Positions 18,332 through 28,618 are shown, counted from the first letter of the stretch. The stretch: 64,000 nucleotides of DNA from Bacteroidales bacterium (GCA_017882305.1 JADGPU010000003.1:1006-65005), one strand, 5' to 3'. Made by a program: numbers and translations. The notes: generated by a model not told the origin, from the sequence alone.

Positions 18332-21211
18332 TCAGGCTCGTGAGAATGGTATTGTAAAAACAAACAGTGTCCCCTTTCCCGATTCTGATTCGACTCTGAT
18401 AGTACCGCCCAGCAGTTCTACATATCCTTTACATATCGAAAGCCCCAATCCGGTACCGCTGTATTTTCTGGATACTGCACTGTCAACCTGGTAAAACCTG
18501 TCAAATATCCTGGAATGATACTCTGGGGGAATACCAATTCCGGTGTCTTTTACGCTAAATTCAAGAGCGTTATCTTTCAGAACATAACCAAAATCTATGC
18601 GGCCATTCTTTGTGAACTTTATTGCATTATTTATTAAGTTTGAAAGTATCTGAATAAGCTTGGTATTGTCTGTCACAATAATTGAATCATCGTCAGTCAA
18701 AGTTGTTTTAAGATTTATAGTAACATTATTCTGTTTCCCGTTAATACTGAACTGTTCATTCAGACTTTTCAGTGTAGAATTTAGATTAAATTCTGTCAGA
18801 TTAACTTTAGCCTGGCCACTCTCAACATTGGCAATATCAACAATATCATTTATTATTGAAAGAAGCTGACCCCCGCTCTGAAAAATGATATCTATATACT
18901 GATGACGGTCTTCTTCAGACAGATCAGGTTCATTCAGAAGTGATGAAAACCCTATTATTGCATTCATCGGAGTACGAATCTCATGGGAAACATTATGCAG
19001 GAATGCAGTCTTTAACCTGTCGCTCTCTTCTGCTTTTTCCTTTGCAGCAATAAGATCTTCCTCTGCCTTCTTCCGTTTGGTAATATCGCGGAAACTCCAG
19101 ACACGTCCTACACTTTCCCAATTAATTTTTTGTGGTTGAGAATAGCGCTCAAAAAACCTTCCGTCGGTGAATTCAAGCAAATCAAAGCTTGTGGCTTCAG
19201 GTTCTGAATAAAGGTGCTTTACGTTTTCCAAAAAAGTATCCGGATTGATCAATTGGCTTTTAACATATTCCAATGCATCAATATCTTCCCCTGAAGCCAA
19301 CACTTCCTCTGGAATTCTCCACATATCGATAAACTTCTGATTGAACTGGACAATTTTCCCTGATGAATCCACAACAAGAAGGCCGTCCTCTGTTGATTCA
19401 AGAGTAGCTCTCAAAAGTGAAACAGATTTATCAAGTTCAGCGGCGGCTTTTTTCTTTGAAGTGATATCCTCAATCATTACAAGAAAAAACTGAACTTCAT
19501 TCTTTTTATTACGTATAATGCTCACTGTTGATGATCCCCAGATAATAGAACCATCATTTCGGATATACCTTTTTTCAGTATGATAAATAGGGATCTCTCC
19601 TGCAATAAGCTTCAGAAGTGAAATCTCATCATTCCCTATATAGTCGGGATGCGTAAAATTTCTGAAGGTAAATAACTTAAGGTCTTCTTCCCGGTAACCT
19701 ATAAAATTGCAGAACGATTGATTTGCCCTGATTATACCAAAATCTTTACTGGTCATCAGCATTGAAAAAGGACTTTCCTCAAATATTTTCCTGAATCTGT
19801 CTTCGCTTTCCTTAAGTATGTTTTCAACGCTTTTACGTTCGGTTATATCCCGTCCTATTGTTTGATAGTATTTTGATCCTTCAATGGTTACTAACCTGGA
19901 ACTTATTTCAATCGGAAAAGTCGTATTATCTTTCCGCTTATGAACTGTCTCAAAAGTTGCAGACTCATTCTCATTTATATTGTTAATGTTGCCCCTATGT
20001 TGTGATAAAGTTTCCGGGGGACGGATTTTATCCAACTTCATACCTATTAATTCATCACGGGAGTACTGATAGGAGTCTAATGCACGATCGTTAGCCTCAA
20101 CGATATTCAAATCATTATCTATCAGCAAGATAATATCATTAGCAAATTTTAAAATATAGTCGAAATGTTTGACCAGAGCAAGACGGTCAAGTTCAGTCTC
20201 ATACTTCTCACGATAAAATGCGACTCGTTGATTCCTGATAATAAATCCAAGAAACGAACCAGAAGTAATAATAACAAGGATAAGTATGATCACGATCATT
20301 TTCATCTGGTAAGTCAGAGCAGATAATGCCTCATCACGATCCATCTTGGCAACCATATACCATGATGTGCCCGGGATTTTATTCATAGCAGCCACAACCG
20401 GAACATTCCTGTAATCAATTCCATCAATAGTACCGGTAATCCCCTCGATAGCCATTGCTGCCGGTAACTTCTCTGATGAAACAGCTTTTTTAAGTGTCAG
20501 TTCGCTGTTCTTGAGGTGCCTGAGTTCATTCAGATAAACTATTTCATCACCCTCTCTTCTTAATAATAGTGTCTCAGCACTTTTACTTGGAGTCGGCCAT
20601 GATTGTATAAGAGGATACAGAACTTTTTGAGGATCAACACGTAGAGCAAGCAAACCCAGAACGAGTGTATCATTCAGACTGCGATCGATCAGAGGCACAA
20701 CCAGATCGAGATGAACAAAACTGACCAGATTAACCTTGTGCAGATCTGTAAGTACAATATTACGCCTCTTAATAATTCCAGGTAATAATGGTTTCAGATG
20801 ATCGCCTATTAAAGTATCCTCTCCTGGGTAGGCTAGTCTTACATTCCCGTTATTTTGGATAAGAAGAGCACTTTTATAATCAAAATTTTCTGTAAGCGAT
20901 TTCAGACTCTGGAGAATATCTTTCCGTAATGGTAAATTGGCCGGATTCTTTAGATATTCCGAAATATTTTTTATTAACAGACTATTTTCTCCGAGAAATT
21001 TTCCATCATTGATCCGTTCAAGCCGCCATTGAGTAATCTGTCTGATTTTAAGGTAGGAAATTGCAGAAAGCTCAACTTGCTTTTCATTCAAAAGGGTTTT
21101 TTTCTGATAGTTATAATATATGAAACCAATTATAATTGCACTTACTGTAATAATAAAGAAAAGAACTAATAACGGCAGGGAAGAAGGCGGTTTTTGTCTT
21201 TGTGGTATCAT
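18332..21211 (-). CDS. membrane sensor histidine kinase (periplasmic sensor domain between two TM segments, three PAS, HisKA, HATPase)
   Basis: 959 aa. TM1 is LPLLVLFFIITVSAIIIGFIY; a ~270-aa extracytoplasmic region follows; TM2 is MIVIILILVIITSGSFLGFII. PAS blocks follow. H-box NVSHEIRTPMNAIIGF; HATPase GTGLGLSICKGYVELLGGTIRVES. Confidence 0.85.
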   Translation of the reverse strand: MIPQRQKPPSSLPLLVLFFIITVSAIIIGFIYYNYQKKTLLNEKQVELSAISYLKIRQITQWRLERINDGKFLGENSLLIKNISEYLKNPANLPLRKDILQSLKSLTENFDYKSALLIQNNGNVRLAYPGEDTLIGDHLKPLLPGIIKRRNIVLTDLHKVNLVSFVHLDLVVPLIDRSLNDTLVLGLLALRVDPQKVLYPLIQSWPTPSKSAETLLLRREGDEIVYLNELRHLKNSELTLKKAVSSEKLPAAMAIEGITGTIDGIDYRNVPVVAAMNKIPGTSWYMVAKMDRDEALSALTYQMKMIVIILILVIITSGSFLGFIIRNQRVAFYREKYETELDRLALVKHFDYILKFANDIILLIDNDLNIVEANDRALDSYQYSRDELIGMKLDKIRPPETLSQHRGNINNINENESATFETVHKRKDNTTFPIEISSRLVTIEGSKYYQTIGRDITERKSVENILKESEDRFRKIFEESPFSMLMTSKDFGIIRANQSFCNFIGYREEDLKLFTFRNFTHPDYIGNDEISLLKLIAGEIPIYHTEKRYIRNDGSIIWGSSTVSIIRNKKNEVQFFLVMIEDITSKKKAAAELDKSVSLLRATLESTEDGLLVVDSSGKIVQFNQKFIDMWRIPEEVLASGEDIDALEYVKSQLINPDTFLENVKHLYSEPEATSFDLLEFTDGRFFERYSQPQKINWESVGRVWSFRDITKRKKAEEDLIAAKEKAEESDRLKTAFLHNVSHEIRTPMNAIIGFSSLLNEPDLSEEDRHQYIDIIFQSGGQLLSIINDIVDIANVESGQAKVNLTEFNLNSTLKSLNEQFSINGKQNNVTINLKTTLTDDDSIIVTDNTKLIQILSNLINNAIKFTKNGRIDFGYVLKDNALEFSVKDTGIGIPPEYHSRIFDRFYQVDSAVSRKYSGTGLGLSICKGYVELLGGTIRVESESGKGTLFVFTIPFSRA

Positions 21212-22155
21212 TCTTCATCTCTTTTAATGAAAACAGAAGCAAGAATTGATACCAGAAGAATTGAAACAATTACTCCAAGAGATACGACTATTGGTATCTC
21301 AAAATGGAAGAACGAAGCAAGCATTTTTAAGCCAACAAAGGTAAGCACAAATGCCAGTCCGACTTTCAGGAAACGGAAGTACCCAATAATTGCAGCTATG
21401 GCAAAATAAAGTGACCTCAAACCCAATATTGCAAAAATATTGGATGTATAAACAATGAATGTACTTTTACTTATTGCAAGAATAGCAGGGATGCTGTCAA
21501 CGGCAAATATAAGGTCAGAAGATTCTATTATCAGAAGAACAAGGAACAGAGGAGTGGCATACAGCTTCCTGTTCTGTACAATCATTAATTTGTCGCCATG
21601 AAGTGATTTGGTAACGGGAAGAAATCTCCGGAAGAATTTGACTACTACATTCTTTTCAGGGTCAACCTCAGTCTCTTTCTGAAATAACATCCTGACTCCA
21701 GTAAAAACAAGAAACCCTCCGAAAATGATAACAATCCAATGAAACCGGTTTATAAGAGCAACTCCTGCAAAGATAAATATCCCTCTCATTATCAGTGCTC
21801 CTAGTATACCCCAGAATAAAATTTTATGCTGATATTGATTATTAACGGCGAAATAAGAAAATATAAGAATGAAGACAAAAATATTGTCAACACTAAGAGA
21901 GTATTCAATTACGTAACCGGTAAGGAACTCCAGAGCTTTTATATGACCGAAATCCTTATCCAGATAGATAAAAAAATCAAATAACAGAGCAAGTGTAATC
22001 CAAACGCAACTCCATATAATTGCTTCTTTTACAGGTACTTTATGAGTGGTTTTATGGAAGACACCCAGATCGAGTGCAAGCATTATAAATACGAAAAAAT
22101 GGAATCCAATCCAGAAATAAATGCTTGTTCCCATTAATTTAACATTAGTCTGCAA
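21208..22155 (-). CDS. TerC family integral membrane protein
   Basis: 315 aa, polytopic, with the duplicated TerC signature EYSLSVDNIFVF and SDLIFAVDSIPAI. Its TGA stop overlaps the ATG of the downstream kinase (ATGA at 21211-21208). Confidence 0.85.
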   Translation of the reverse strand: MQTNVKLMGTSIYFWIGFHFFVFIMLALDLGVFHKTTHKVPVKEAIIWSCVWITLALLFDFFIYLDKDFGHIKALEFLTGYVIEYSLSVDNIFVFILIFSYFAVNNQYQHKILFWGILGALIMRGIFIFAGVALINRFHWIVIIFGGFLVFTGVRMLFQKETEVDPEKNVVVKFFRRFLPVTKSLHGDKLMIVQNRKLYATPLFLVLLIIESSDLIFAVDSIPAILAISKSTFIVYTSNIFAILGLRSLYFAIAAIIGYFRFLKVGLAFVLTFVGLKMLASFFHFEIPIVVSLGVIVSILLVSILASVFIKRDEE

Positions 22156-22203
22156 ACTTATGAAAATATTTCTTTAATTCGTTGTTGATAATCCGTACAG
22201 CTC

Positions 22204-23109
22204 ATGAGTGAAAAACAAATTAACCGTAAAGAATTCTTTACCAAAGTAATAGCCGGAATTGCTGGAATAAGTTTTGTATCAAAAAACATGACAAGGCTCA
22301 TTTCCTCAGGACCCGAACTGAGAGCTATAGGTGATACAGGTATAACGGTCAGCCCCATATGTTTCGGAGCTCCCAGAACAAATGATGAATCCTTAATAAG
22401 ATACGCTCTGGAGAAAGGAATGAACTTTATCGATACCGGTCGTGCTTACGGGAACGGGAATAATGAGAAGCTCGTTGGCAAGGCAATAGCAGGAATGAGG
22501 AACAAAGTTGTTATTCAGTCCAAGATCAGGCTTGAAGAAAATGAGTTGGCATCAAAAGGGAAAGGGAGAAAAGGAGCTGCAGAAATACGGGATACTCTGT
22601 CATCAAAATTTGAAGCAAGTCTGAGAGCTCTCAATACCGACTATATAGATATAATGTTGTATCATGATGCACTTGATGAGAACCTTCTTTTTCATCAGGA
22701 AACCATGAAATTTTTTGCAGATATGAAAAAGTCGGGTGCACTTATAGCACACGGCTTCTCAACCCATAACGACCATATGAACCTTCCTGAAAGAAATAAT
22801 TCAGAAGATTTCTATGACTTGGTAATGGTTCCATTTAACCATAAAGGTTCTTTTGTTCATTCAATAACAGGTAGTTACTTTGAGTGGGATCAGGCAAAAC
22901 TTATTTCAATTCTTACTGAAGCCGGTAGAAAAGGTATTGGAGTAATCGCCATGAAAACCTGCTCCGGGGGGAAATACTCTCCTTCAGCAGATATTGAACC
23001 AAGTTATAAAGAGGCTGTTATATGGGTTCTTCAGCATAAATTTATCAGTTCTGCTTCAATAGCGATGGTCAACTTTGAACAGATTGATGAACACATATCA
23101 TGGCTATAG
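22204..23109 (+). CDS. aldo/keto reductase with an N-terminal Tat-like (RK variant) signal
   Basis: GITVSPICFGAPR, MNFIDTGRAYGNGNNEKLVGKAI, DYIDIMLYHD. The N-terminus NRKEFFTKVIAGIAGISFVS resembles a twin-arginine leader with RK in place of RR. Confidence 0.8.
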   Translation: MSEKQINRKEFFTKVIAGIAGISFVSKNMTRLISSGPELRAIGDTGITVSPICFGAPRTNDESLIRYALEKGMNFIDTGRAYGNGNNEKLVGKAIAGMRNKVVIQSKIRLEENELASKGKGRKGAAEIRDTLSSKFEASLRALNTDYIDIMLYHDALDENLLFHQETMKFFADMKKSGALIAHGFSTHNDHMNLPERNNSEDFYDLVMVPFNHKGSFVHSITGSYFEWDQAKLISILTEAGRKGIGVIAMKTCSGGKYSPSADIEPSYKEAVIWVLQHKFISSASIAMVNFEQIDEHISWL

Positions 23110-23111
23110 TT

Positions 23112-24914
23112 TTATCTGTTTTCCACTGGAAAGAAACACTTTACAGGAACAGCATATTTTTCATCAATATCCGGAATACCATTACCATTAGTATCTTTCA
23201 TCGAAGTCAGGAATTCGATCAGTGCCAGCCACTCCTTTCCCTCCTGCAACCCGTCACGACTTTCATCCATATCGATGACCGTGGTTCCCATATCTTTTAC
23301 TTTATTTCCAGCTGCATCCTTAGGAATTACTTTTATCAGGCCAAAACTCATTTTTTTGATGATACTAATGAATTCAAGCATGTACGAATCAGCAGTTATT
23401 GAATAGATTGATTTATTCTTTTTCATAAAATCAACATTGACCATTCTTCCGTCATTATGGACTATTTCAATCTTCTTAATTTTCCTGAACAAACCTTTTT
23501 CAGGATCATAATCAACTCTCATACCCGAATAGTAGCAATAATCTTCAGGTTTTGATTTGGACGCAACCTGCAATATTTCAAGAATGCTCTTTAATTCTCT
23601 GCCTGTCACATACAATCTTGAAAGCGCATAACCAGGAACTTCATCTTTCCCTGATCCAAGTGGCATCACCCTGAAAATATCAGGTGCAGTCTGTATACCG
23701 GGTAAAATTTTGTCGAATATCATACCTGCAGCTACCATGCTGATATCCGTGCCTTTACTGTTGTGTTTATTTACATAATAACGTATAGCATCTGCAATAA
23801 AAGGTCCGATATTACTATTCACGTAATCTCCAACATCATTCCCTTCAAGTCTGAAATCCGTTTCAACTATCGGTTTGATATAATTCAATCCAAGCGGATT
23901 AAGTATTTCAAAATCGATTTTTTCTTTCTGTGCTTCAATGAGTCTGTTTATATGTTCATCTCCAGCAATATTATCATCAACCGGGATAAGCTTGTAATTC
24001 TCAACCTTAAGTTTTCCAGATGAATATGATAATGAAAGACATCCGACAAACTGACCGAATTCCCCTGCCTGAACTATTGGAGTACCATTTACTATAACAG
24101 GTTGATCGAGCCTGGTATGTGTATGTCCTCCGATGATAAGATCAATCCCTTTTACTGCCCTAGCAAGTTCAACATCCTCCCCCCCCCAATCTCCATTCTT
24201 ATCTTTTGAAACACCTGAATGTGAAATACAAATTATTATATCACATTTTTCAGCCTTGAGCTCCTTTACCATTTTTCTGGCAAAAGGTGATTGTTTTTCA
24301 AAAGTAACAGGAGCAGCTTTAGGTGCTACATGCACCGCGTCTTTACCAAGGATTGAAAAGAAACCTATTTTAATACCATTCTTAGTCAATATCAGTTTTC
24401 GGCTTATAAGATTATCAAAAAATAGTTTTTCAAGTGCATCATCTCCTTCATCTTTTTTATCAAACTTAGCATTCCCTATTAGTACGGCCGGTATTTCTCC
24501 ATTTTTAGCGGATATACTTATAACAGAAGCCAGCCAGTCAGGACCGAATTCATATTCATGATTCCCGATTCCAACGACATCATAACCCATCTCCTTCATC
24601 AGCCGAAGTTGAAAACCACTCCTTTTTTCAAGACTTGGAAAAAGAGTTCCCATCATGAAATCACCTGCGTCAAGTACAAGAGTTGTTCCTGTATTTCTTT
24701 CCTTTTCATTTTTAATTATGGATGCTATCCTTGCAAAACCACCAACAGTTTTGTCATCTTTTATAGTTAGAGGAGAATACGCTGATTCGGGAGTGTACCC
24801 CATAAGACGGGAATGAAGATCATTCGTATGCAAGATTAGAATCTTCTTCTCCGTTTGAGCGGTAATTGAAAGCATCGAAACAAACCAGATTAAAAATACT
24901 GATGTTTTTCTCAT
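23112..24914 (-). CDS. bifunctional metallophosphatase/5'-nucleotidase (UshA-like), secreted
   Basis: Signal peptide, then ILHTNDLHS, DAGDFMMGT, GNHEYEFG and GGHTHT metallophosphatase motifs, plus a C-terminal 5'-nucleotidase-like domain. Confidence 0.85.
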   Translation of the reverse strand: MRKTSVFLIWFVSMLSITAQTEKKILILHTNDLHSRLMGYTPESAYSPLTIKDDKTVGGFARIASIIKNEKERNTGTTLVLDAGDFMMGTLFPSLEKRSGFQLRLMKEMGYDVVGIGNHEYEFGPDWLASVISISAKNGEIPAVLIGNAKFDKKDEGDDALEKLFFDNLISRKLILTKNGIKIGFFSILGKDAVHVAPKAAPVTFEKQSPFARKMVKELKAEKCDIIICISHSGVSKDKNGDWGGEDVELARAVKGIDLIIGGHTHTRLDQPVIVNGTPIVQAGEFGQFVGCLSLSYSSGKLKVENYKLIPVDDNIAGDEHINRLIEAQKEKIDFEILNPLGLNYIKPIVETDFRLEGNDVGDYVNSNIGPFIADAIRYYVNKHNSKGTDISMVAAGMIFDKILPGIQTAPDIFRVMPLGSGKDEVPGYALSRLYVTGRELKSILEILQVASKSKPEDYCYYSGMRVDYDPEKGLFRKIKKIEIVHNDGRMVNVDFMKKNKSIYSITADSYMLEFISIIKKMSFGLIKVIPKDAAGNKVKDMGTTVIDMDESRDGLQEGKEWLALIEFLTSMKDTNGNGIPDIDEKYAVPVKCFFPVENR

Positions 24915-24983
24915 ATGTGGGAAGAATTGTTACTAACAAAATTAAATATTAAATTCTATTAAAAAGGAATGCAATCAATAAAC

Positions 24984-26273
24984 TCATATCACCTCAGCTA
25001 CAACAAAAGTGCTGCCTCCTATAAAAATCAGATCTGATTGTTTCGCATTTTTTCTGGCACAATCAAGTGCAGTTGCGACATCAGTAAAACTTTGCCCGGC
25101 AAGTCCGTATTTTCCAGATTCCGATTTAAGAATAACTTCATTTAGCGCCCTCGGAACTGAAGCTTTTGTAAAATAATAAAGTGCCTCGGTTGGGAAAAGA
25201 GGTAAGAATGATCCCAGATCTTTATCATTAACAAAACCAAGAATTATATGTAAAGCCGATTTTGGAATCCTTTGTATCTGCTTCAGCACATACTCCAACC
25301 CCTCTCTGTTGTGAGCTGTATCACAAATAGTTAATGGAGAAGTGCTTAATATTTGCCATCGCCCGTGAAGACCTGTGTTCGTGACAACTTTCCTGATCCC
25401 TTCAGTGATATTCTTCTCTGAAACATAAAAGATATCTTTTAACATATTAAAAACAGTGAAAACCGTCTGAAGGTTTTTTGACTGGTAATCCCCTCCAAGC
25501 AATGTTTTGCCTGCGAACTTATGATTAGTCGATAATTCAGTCATCAAATAATTTCGTTCGCTGATCAAATCCTTATTTCGTTTGAAATAACATGAGAAAG
25601 TTTTATCAGCAAACAGGATAGGAGAATCACATTCTTTAGCTTTTTTAATAAAAATATATTCCGATTCCGGTTGAGTTTCACCAACTAAAATCTGGATTTC
25701 CTTTTTTATGATTCCTGCCTTTTCAAAAGCAATCTTCTCCAGGGTGTTCCCAAGCAGATCCATATGATCGTGACCGATGTTTGTAATTACCGATAAGACC
25801 GGAGTTATAATATTTGTGGAATCGAGTCTTCCACCGAGACCAACCTCAATAACCGCAACATCGACATTGCATTCAGCAAAGTAATCAAATGCCATCTCCA
25901 CGGTCATTTCAAAAAAAGATGGTTTTACAGACTCAATAATATTCTTATGTGTTGTAACAAATGATATAACATCATCTTCAGTGATCATCTGACCATTCAC
26001 TTTTATTCTTTCCCTGAAATCCTTAAGGTGAGGGGAAGTATATAATCCCGTTTTAAATCCTGCTTCCTGTAATACAGAAGCAATCATGTGGGAAACAGAC
26101 CCTTTGCCATTTGTTCCGGCTACGTGAATTGTTGGGTATCGAAGGTGAGGATTGTTGAAATAATTGTCTAGCAAAATTGTGTTTTTCAGGTCACTCCGAT
26201 AGGCAGCTTTTCCTATCCTGTGATAAGCAGGAAGTTGGCTGAAAAGAAACTCAAGCGTTTCGGAGTATGTCAT
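24984..26273 (-). CDS. folC: bifunctional folylpolyglutamate synthase/dihydrofolate synthase
   Basis: 429 aa Mur-ligase fold. P-loop HVAGTNGKGS, and VIEVGLGGRLDSTN, HMDLLGNTLEKIAFEKAGIIK. Confidence 0.9.
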   Translation of the reverse strand: MTYSETLEFLFSQLPAYHRIGKAAYRSDLKNTILLDNYFNNPHLRYPTIHVAGTNGKGSVSHMIASVLQEAGFKTGLYTSPHLKDFRERIKVNGQMITEDDVISFVTTHKNIIESVKPSFFEMTVEMAFDYFAECNVDVAVIEVGLGGRLDSTNIITPVLSVITNIGHDHMDLLGNTLEKIAFEKAGIIKKEIQILVGETQPESEYIFIKKAKECDSPILFADKTFSCYFKRNKDLISERNYLMTELSTNHKFAGKTLLGGDYQSKNLQTVFTVFNMLKDIFYVSEKNITEGIRKVVTNTGLHGRWQILSTSPLTICDTAHNREGLEYVLKQIQRIPKSALHIILGFVNDKDLGSFLPLFPTEALYYFTKASVPRALNEVILKSESGKYGLAGQSFTDVATALDCARKNAKQSDLIFIGGSTFVVAEVI

Positions 26274-26331
26274 TAAGTTCAGGTTAATGAATTCTGGTTA
26301 TGCTAAATCTAATCAATTTGTTATAGTATAT

Positions 26332-26386
26332 CACCCCATTCCCAACCTTCCCGTACGCCTGCCTGCCGGTAGGCGGGGGTAAGGAG
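26332..26386. other. isolated GC-rich imperfect palindrome/hairpin in the folC / PIN-PhoH divergent intergenic region
   Basis: caccccattcccaaccttcccgtacgcctgcctgccggtaggcgggggtaaggagt. The core stem cgcctgcc (26356-26363) pairs with ggtaggcg (26368-26375), 8 bp including one G-T, with a 4-nt loop. It extends by CCC/GGG. The composition contrasts strongly with the AT-rich flanks. Confidence 0.5.
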
Positions 26387-26544
26387 TAAAACAAATCATA
26401 AAATTCAAAAGTATGCCTTCTATTTGAATGCAAAATAACAAACTTAACAATTACATAACAATTTATACCTTAAAATAGTTACTTTTGCAGGTACGATAAT
26501 GTCTTTTTATTAAGATGTAAACTATTGATATTAAATCATTAACG

Positions 26545-27879
26545 ATGAGAAAGAAACACAACAAGAAACTCTTTATTATTGATACCAACGTTTTACTTCA
26601 TGATTATAAATGTATTTACAATTTTGAAGAGAATGATATTATTATTCCTATTGTTGTTCTTGAGGAACTTGATAAATTCAAAAGGGGAAACGACCTGATC
26701 AACTTTCACGCCCGTGAGTTTACCCGTGAGCTCGACAAACTTTCCGGTGACATGCTTTTAACTGCCAATATTCCCCTGGGTGAAAACCTTGGAAATATGC
26801 ATATTGAAACAGGCAAAGATTTCTCTGAAAAGGTAAACCAGTCTTTTCCAGAAAGAACAGCTGATCACAGGATTCTTGCAATCGCCGAGTATGTCTGCAG
26901 CGCCAATAAAGATAAAACAGTCGTGCTGATTACAAAAGATATTAATCTGAGAATGAAGGCCAAATCGCTGGGGATAATTGCACAGGACTACGAAAACGAT
27001 AAGGTTGCCAATATTGACGATCTCTACAAAGGGATAAGGATACTCGAGGGCGTAAATCAGGAATCAATAAGTAAGCTTTATGAAGTCCCTGAAGGGGTTG
27101 GTTCCGGAGAGTTTAATCTTGAACCGAATCTTACCGGACATCAGTTCTTTATTATGAAAAATAACGGGTCAAGTGCGCTCGCTCATTATAATCCCATCAG
27201 TAAAACCCTCAGCAGGGTAATCAAACAAACAACATACGGTATTGATCCCAGAAATGCCGAACAGACATTCGCGATTGAAGCTCTTTCAAATCCCGATATT
27301 CAGCTTGTTTCATTAACCGGAAAAGCAGGAACAGGGAAAACCCTTCTTGCTCTTGCAGCTGCTCTCCAACAACACAAGAGATATAAACAGATATTTCTTG
27401 CCCGTCCTATTGTCCCTCTTGCTAATCGCGATCTCGGCTTTTTACCGGGGGACGTTAAGGAAAAAATGGACCCGTACATGCAGCCTCTGTATGATAATCT
27501 CACAGTTATAAAACATAAATTCAGCCATCAAAGCCCGGAATTTCTTCGGATTAACGATATGATGAAAGAGGATAAACTGGTTATAACTCCCCTCGCATAC
27601 ATAAGGGGACGGAGTCTTTCAAGTATCTTCTTTATTGTTGATGAAGCTCAGAATCTTACTCCACACGAGATTAAAACCATTATCACCAGAGCCGGAGAAG
27701 GTACCAAGATGGTATTTACCGGTGATATTGAACAGATAGATTCGCCCTATCTGGATATTGCATCAAACGGGCTAAGTTATCTGTCAGATAAAATGAAAGA
27801 CCAGGACATTTTTGCTCATGTCAACCTGGTTAAGGGTGAACGTAGCTTCCTTGCGGAGCTCGCAAGTAAGTTGTTGTAA
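26545..27879 (+). CDS. PIN domain-PhoH family ATPase fusion (PhoH2-type)
   Basis: N-terminal PIN-like region (FIIDTNVLLHD ... VVLEELD), then a PhoH ATPase with Walker A LTGKAGTGKT and Walker B FFIVDEAQNL. Confidence 0.88.
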   Translation: MRKKHNKKLFIIDTNVLLHDYKCIYNFEENDIIIPIVVLEELDKFKRGNDLINFHAREFTRELDKLSGDMLLTANIPLGENLGNMHIETGKDFSEKVNQSFPERTADHRILAIAEYVCSANKDKTVVLITKDINLRMKAKSLGIIAQDYENDKVANIDDLYKGIRILEGVNQESISKLYEVPEGVGSGEFNLEPNLTGHQFFIMKNNGSSALAHYNPISKTLSRVIKQTTYGIDPRNAEQTFAIEALSNPDIQLVSLTGKAGTGKTLLALAAALQQHKRYKQIFLARPIVPLANRDLGFLPGDVKEKMDPYMQPLYDNLTVIKHKFSHQSPEFLRINDMMKEDKLVITPLAYIRGRSLSSIFFIVDEAQNLTPHEIKTIITRAGEGTKMVFTGDIEQIDSPYLDIASNGLSYLSDKMKDQDIFAHVNLVKGERSFLAELASKLL

Positions 27880-27910
27880 GACAAAAGGTAAAACTTTAAA
27901 TAATAGTATT

Positions 27911-28618
27911 ATGAAAACAAAAACAATCAGTTTGGTTACATTGCTGATAATTATCCTTTTGACAATTTCAAGTGTCACAACAGCTCAGGCAAAAGCAAAG
28001 CACAAAAAGAAATCCGAAAAAACGGAAAATAGAACCATCATGTTGTTTAACGGAAAAGATCTTACCAACTGGGTATTTAAGCTTAAAGACCCTTCAATTG
28101 ATCCAGCTACAGTTTTCACGGTCCAAAATGGAGTCATACATATTTCAGGAAATCCATTCGGATATATGAGGACAAAAGATTTTTACTCGGATTATAAACT
28201 TCATGTTGAATGGCGGTGGCCATTGGAAGCAACGAACAGTGGAGTTTTTGTGCATGCACAACCACCTGATTCTGTATGGTTAAAATGTGTCGAATGTCAG
28301 CTGCAGGCTGAAAATGCAGGGGATTTCGTATGCATGAACGGAGCTGATATGAATGAGAGGACCAATAAGTCTAATCCATTCGTAAAAAAACTGGCTGCTT
28401 CTTCTGAAAAGCCGACTGGTGAATGGAATACTATGGAAGTTATCTGCAAAGCAAACACTATCGAAGTGAACGTAAACGGAGTCCTGCAAAACAGAGGAAC
28501 AAATGTAAACCTCTCCAGGGGATCAATATGTTTACAAAGTGAAGGCAAGGAAATTGAATTCAGAAATGTAGTTCTAACCAGTTTTGCTCCTTTGCACCCC
28601 TGGAAAAAAATAAAATGA
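27911..28618 (+). CDS. secreted DUF1080-like (3-keto-disaccharide hydrolase family) protein
   Basis: Start moved to the ATG at 27911 (MKTKTISLVTLLIIILLTISSVTTAQA, a signal peptide). The pattern FNGKDLTNW ... NSGVF ... CQLQ ... GEWNTMEV ... ICLQSEGKEIEFRNV is typical of this concanavalin-like family. Confidence 0.7.
   Translation: MKTKTISLVTLLIIILLTISSVTTAQAKAKHKKKSEKTENRTIMLFNGKDLTNWVFKLKDPSIDPATVFTVQNGVIHISGNPFGYMRTKDFYSDYKLHVEWRWPLEATNSGVFVHAQPPDSVWLKCVECQLQAENAGDFVCMNGADMNERTNKSNPFVKKLAASSEKPTGEWNTMEVICKANTIEVNVNGVLQNRGTNVNLSRGSICLQSEGKEIEFRNVVLTSFAPLHPWKKIK

Noticed and set aside
22156-22203. Possible yybP-ykoY (Mn) riboswitch upstream of the TerC-family gene.
   Set aside because: Only 48 bp separate the TerC start from the divergent reductase start. 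That is too short for this riboswitch, and no conserved-looking helices were seen.
27812-27910. N-terminal extension of the DUF1080-like ORF overlapping the PhoH gene end.
   Set aside because: The extension has no signal peptide and overlaps phoH by 68 nt. The ATG at 27911 gives a textbook signal peptide.
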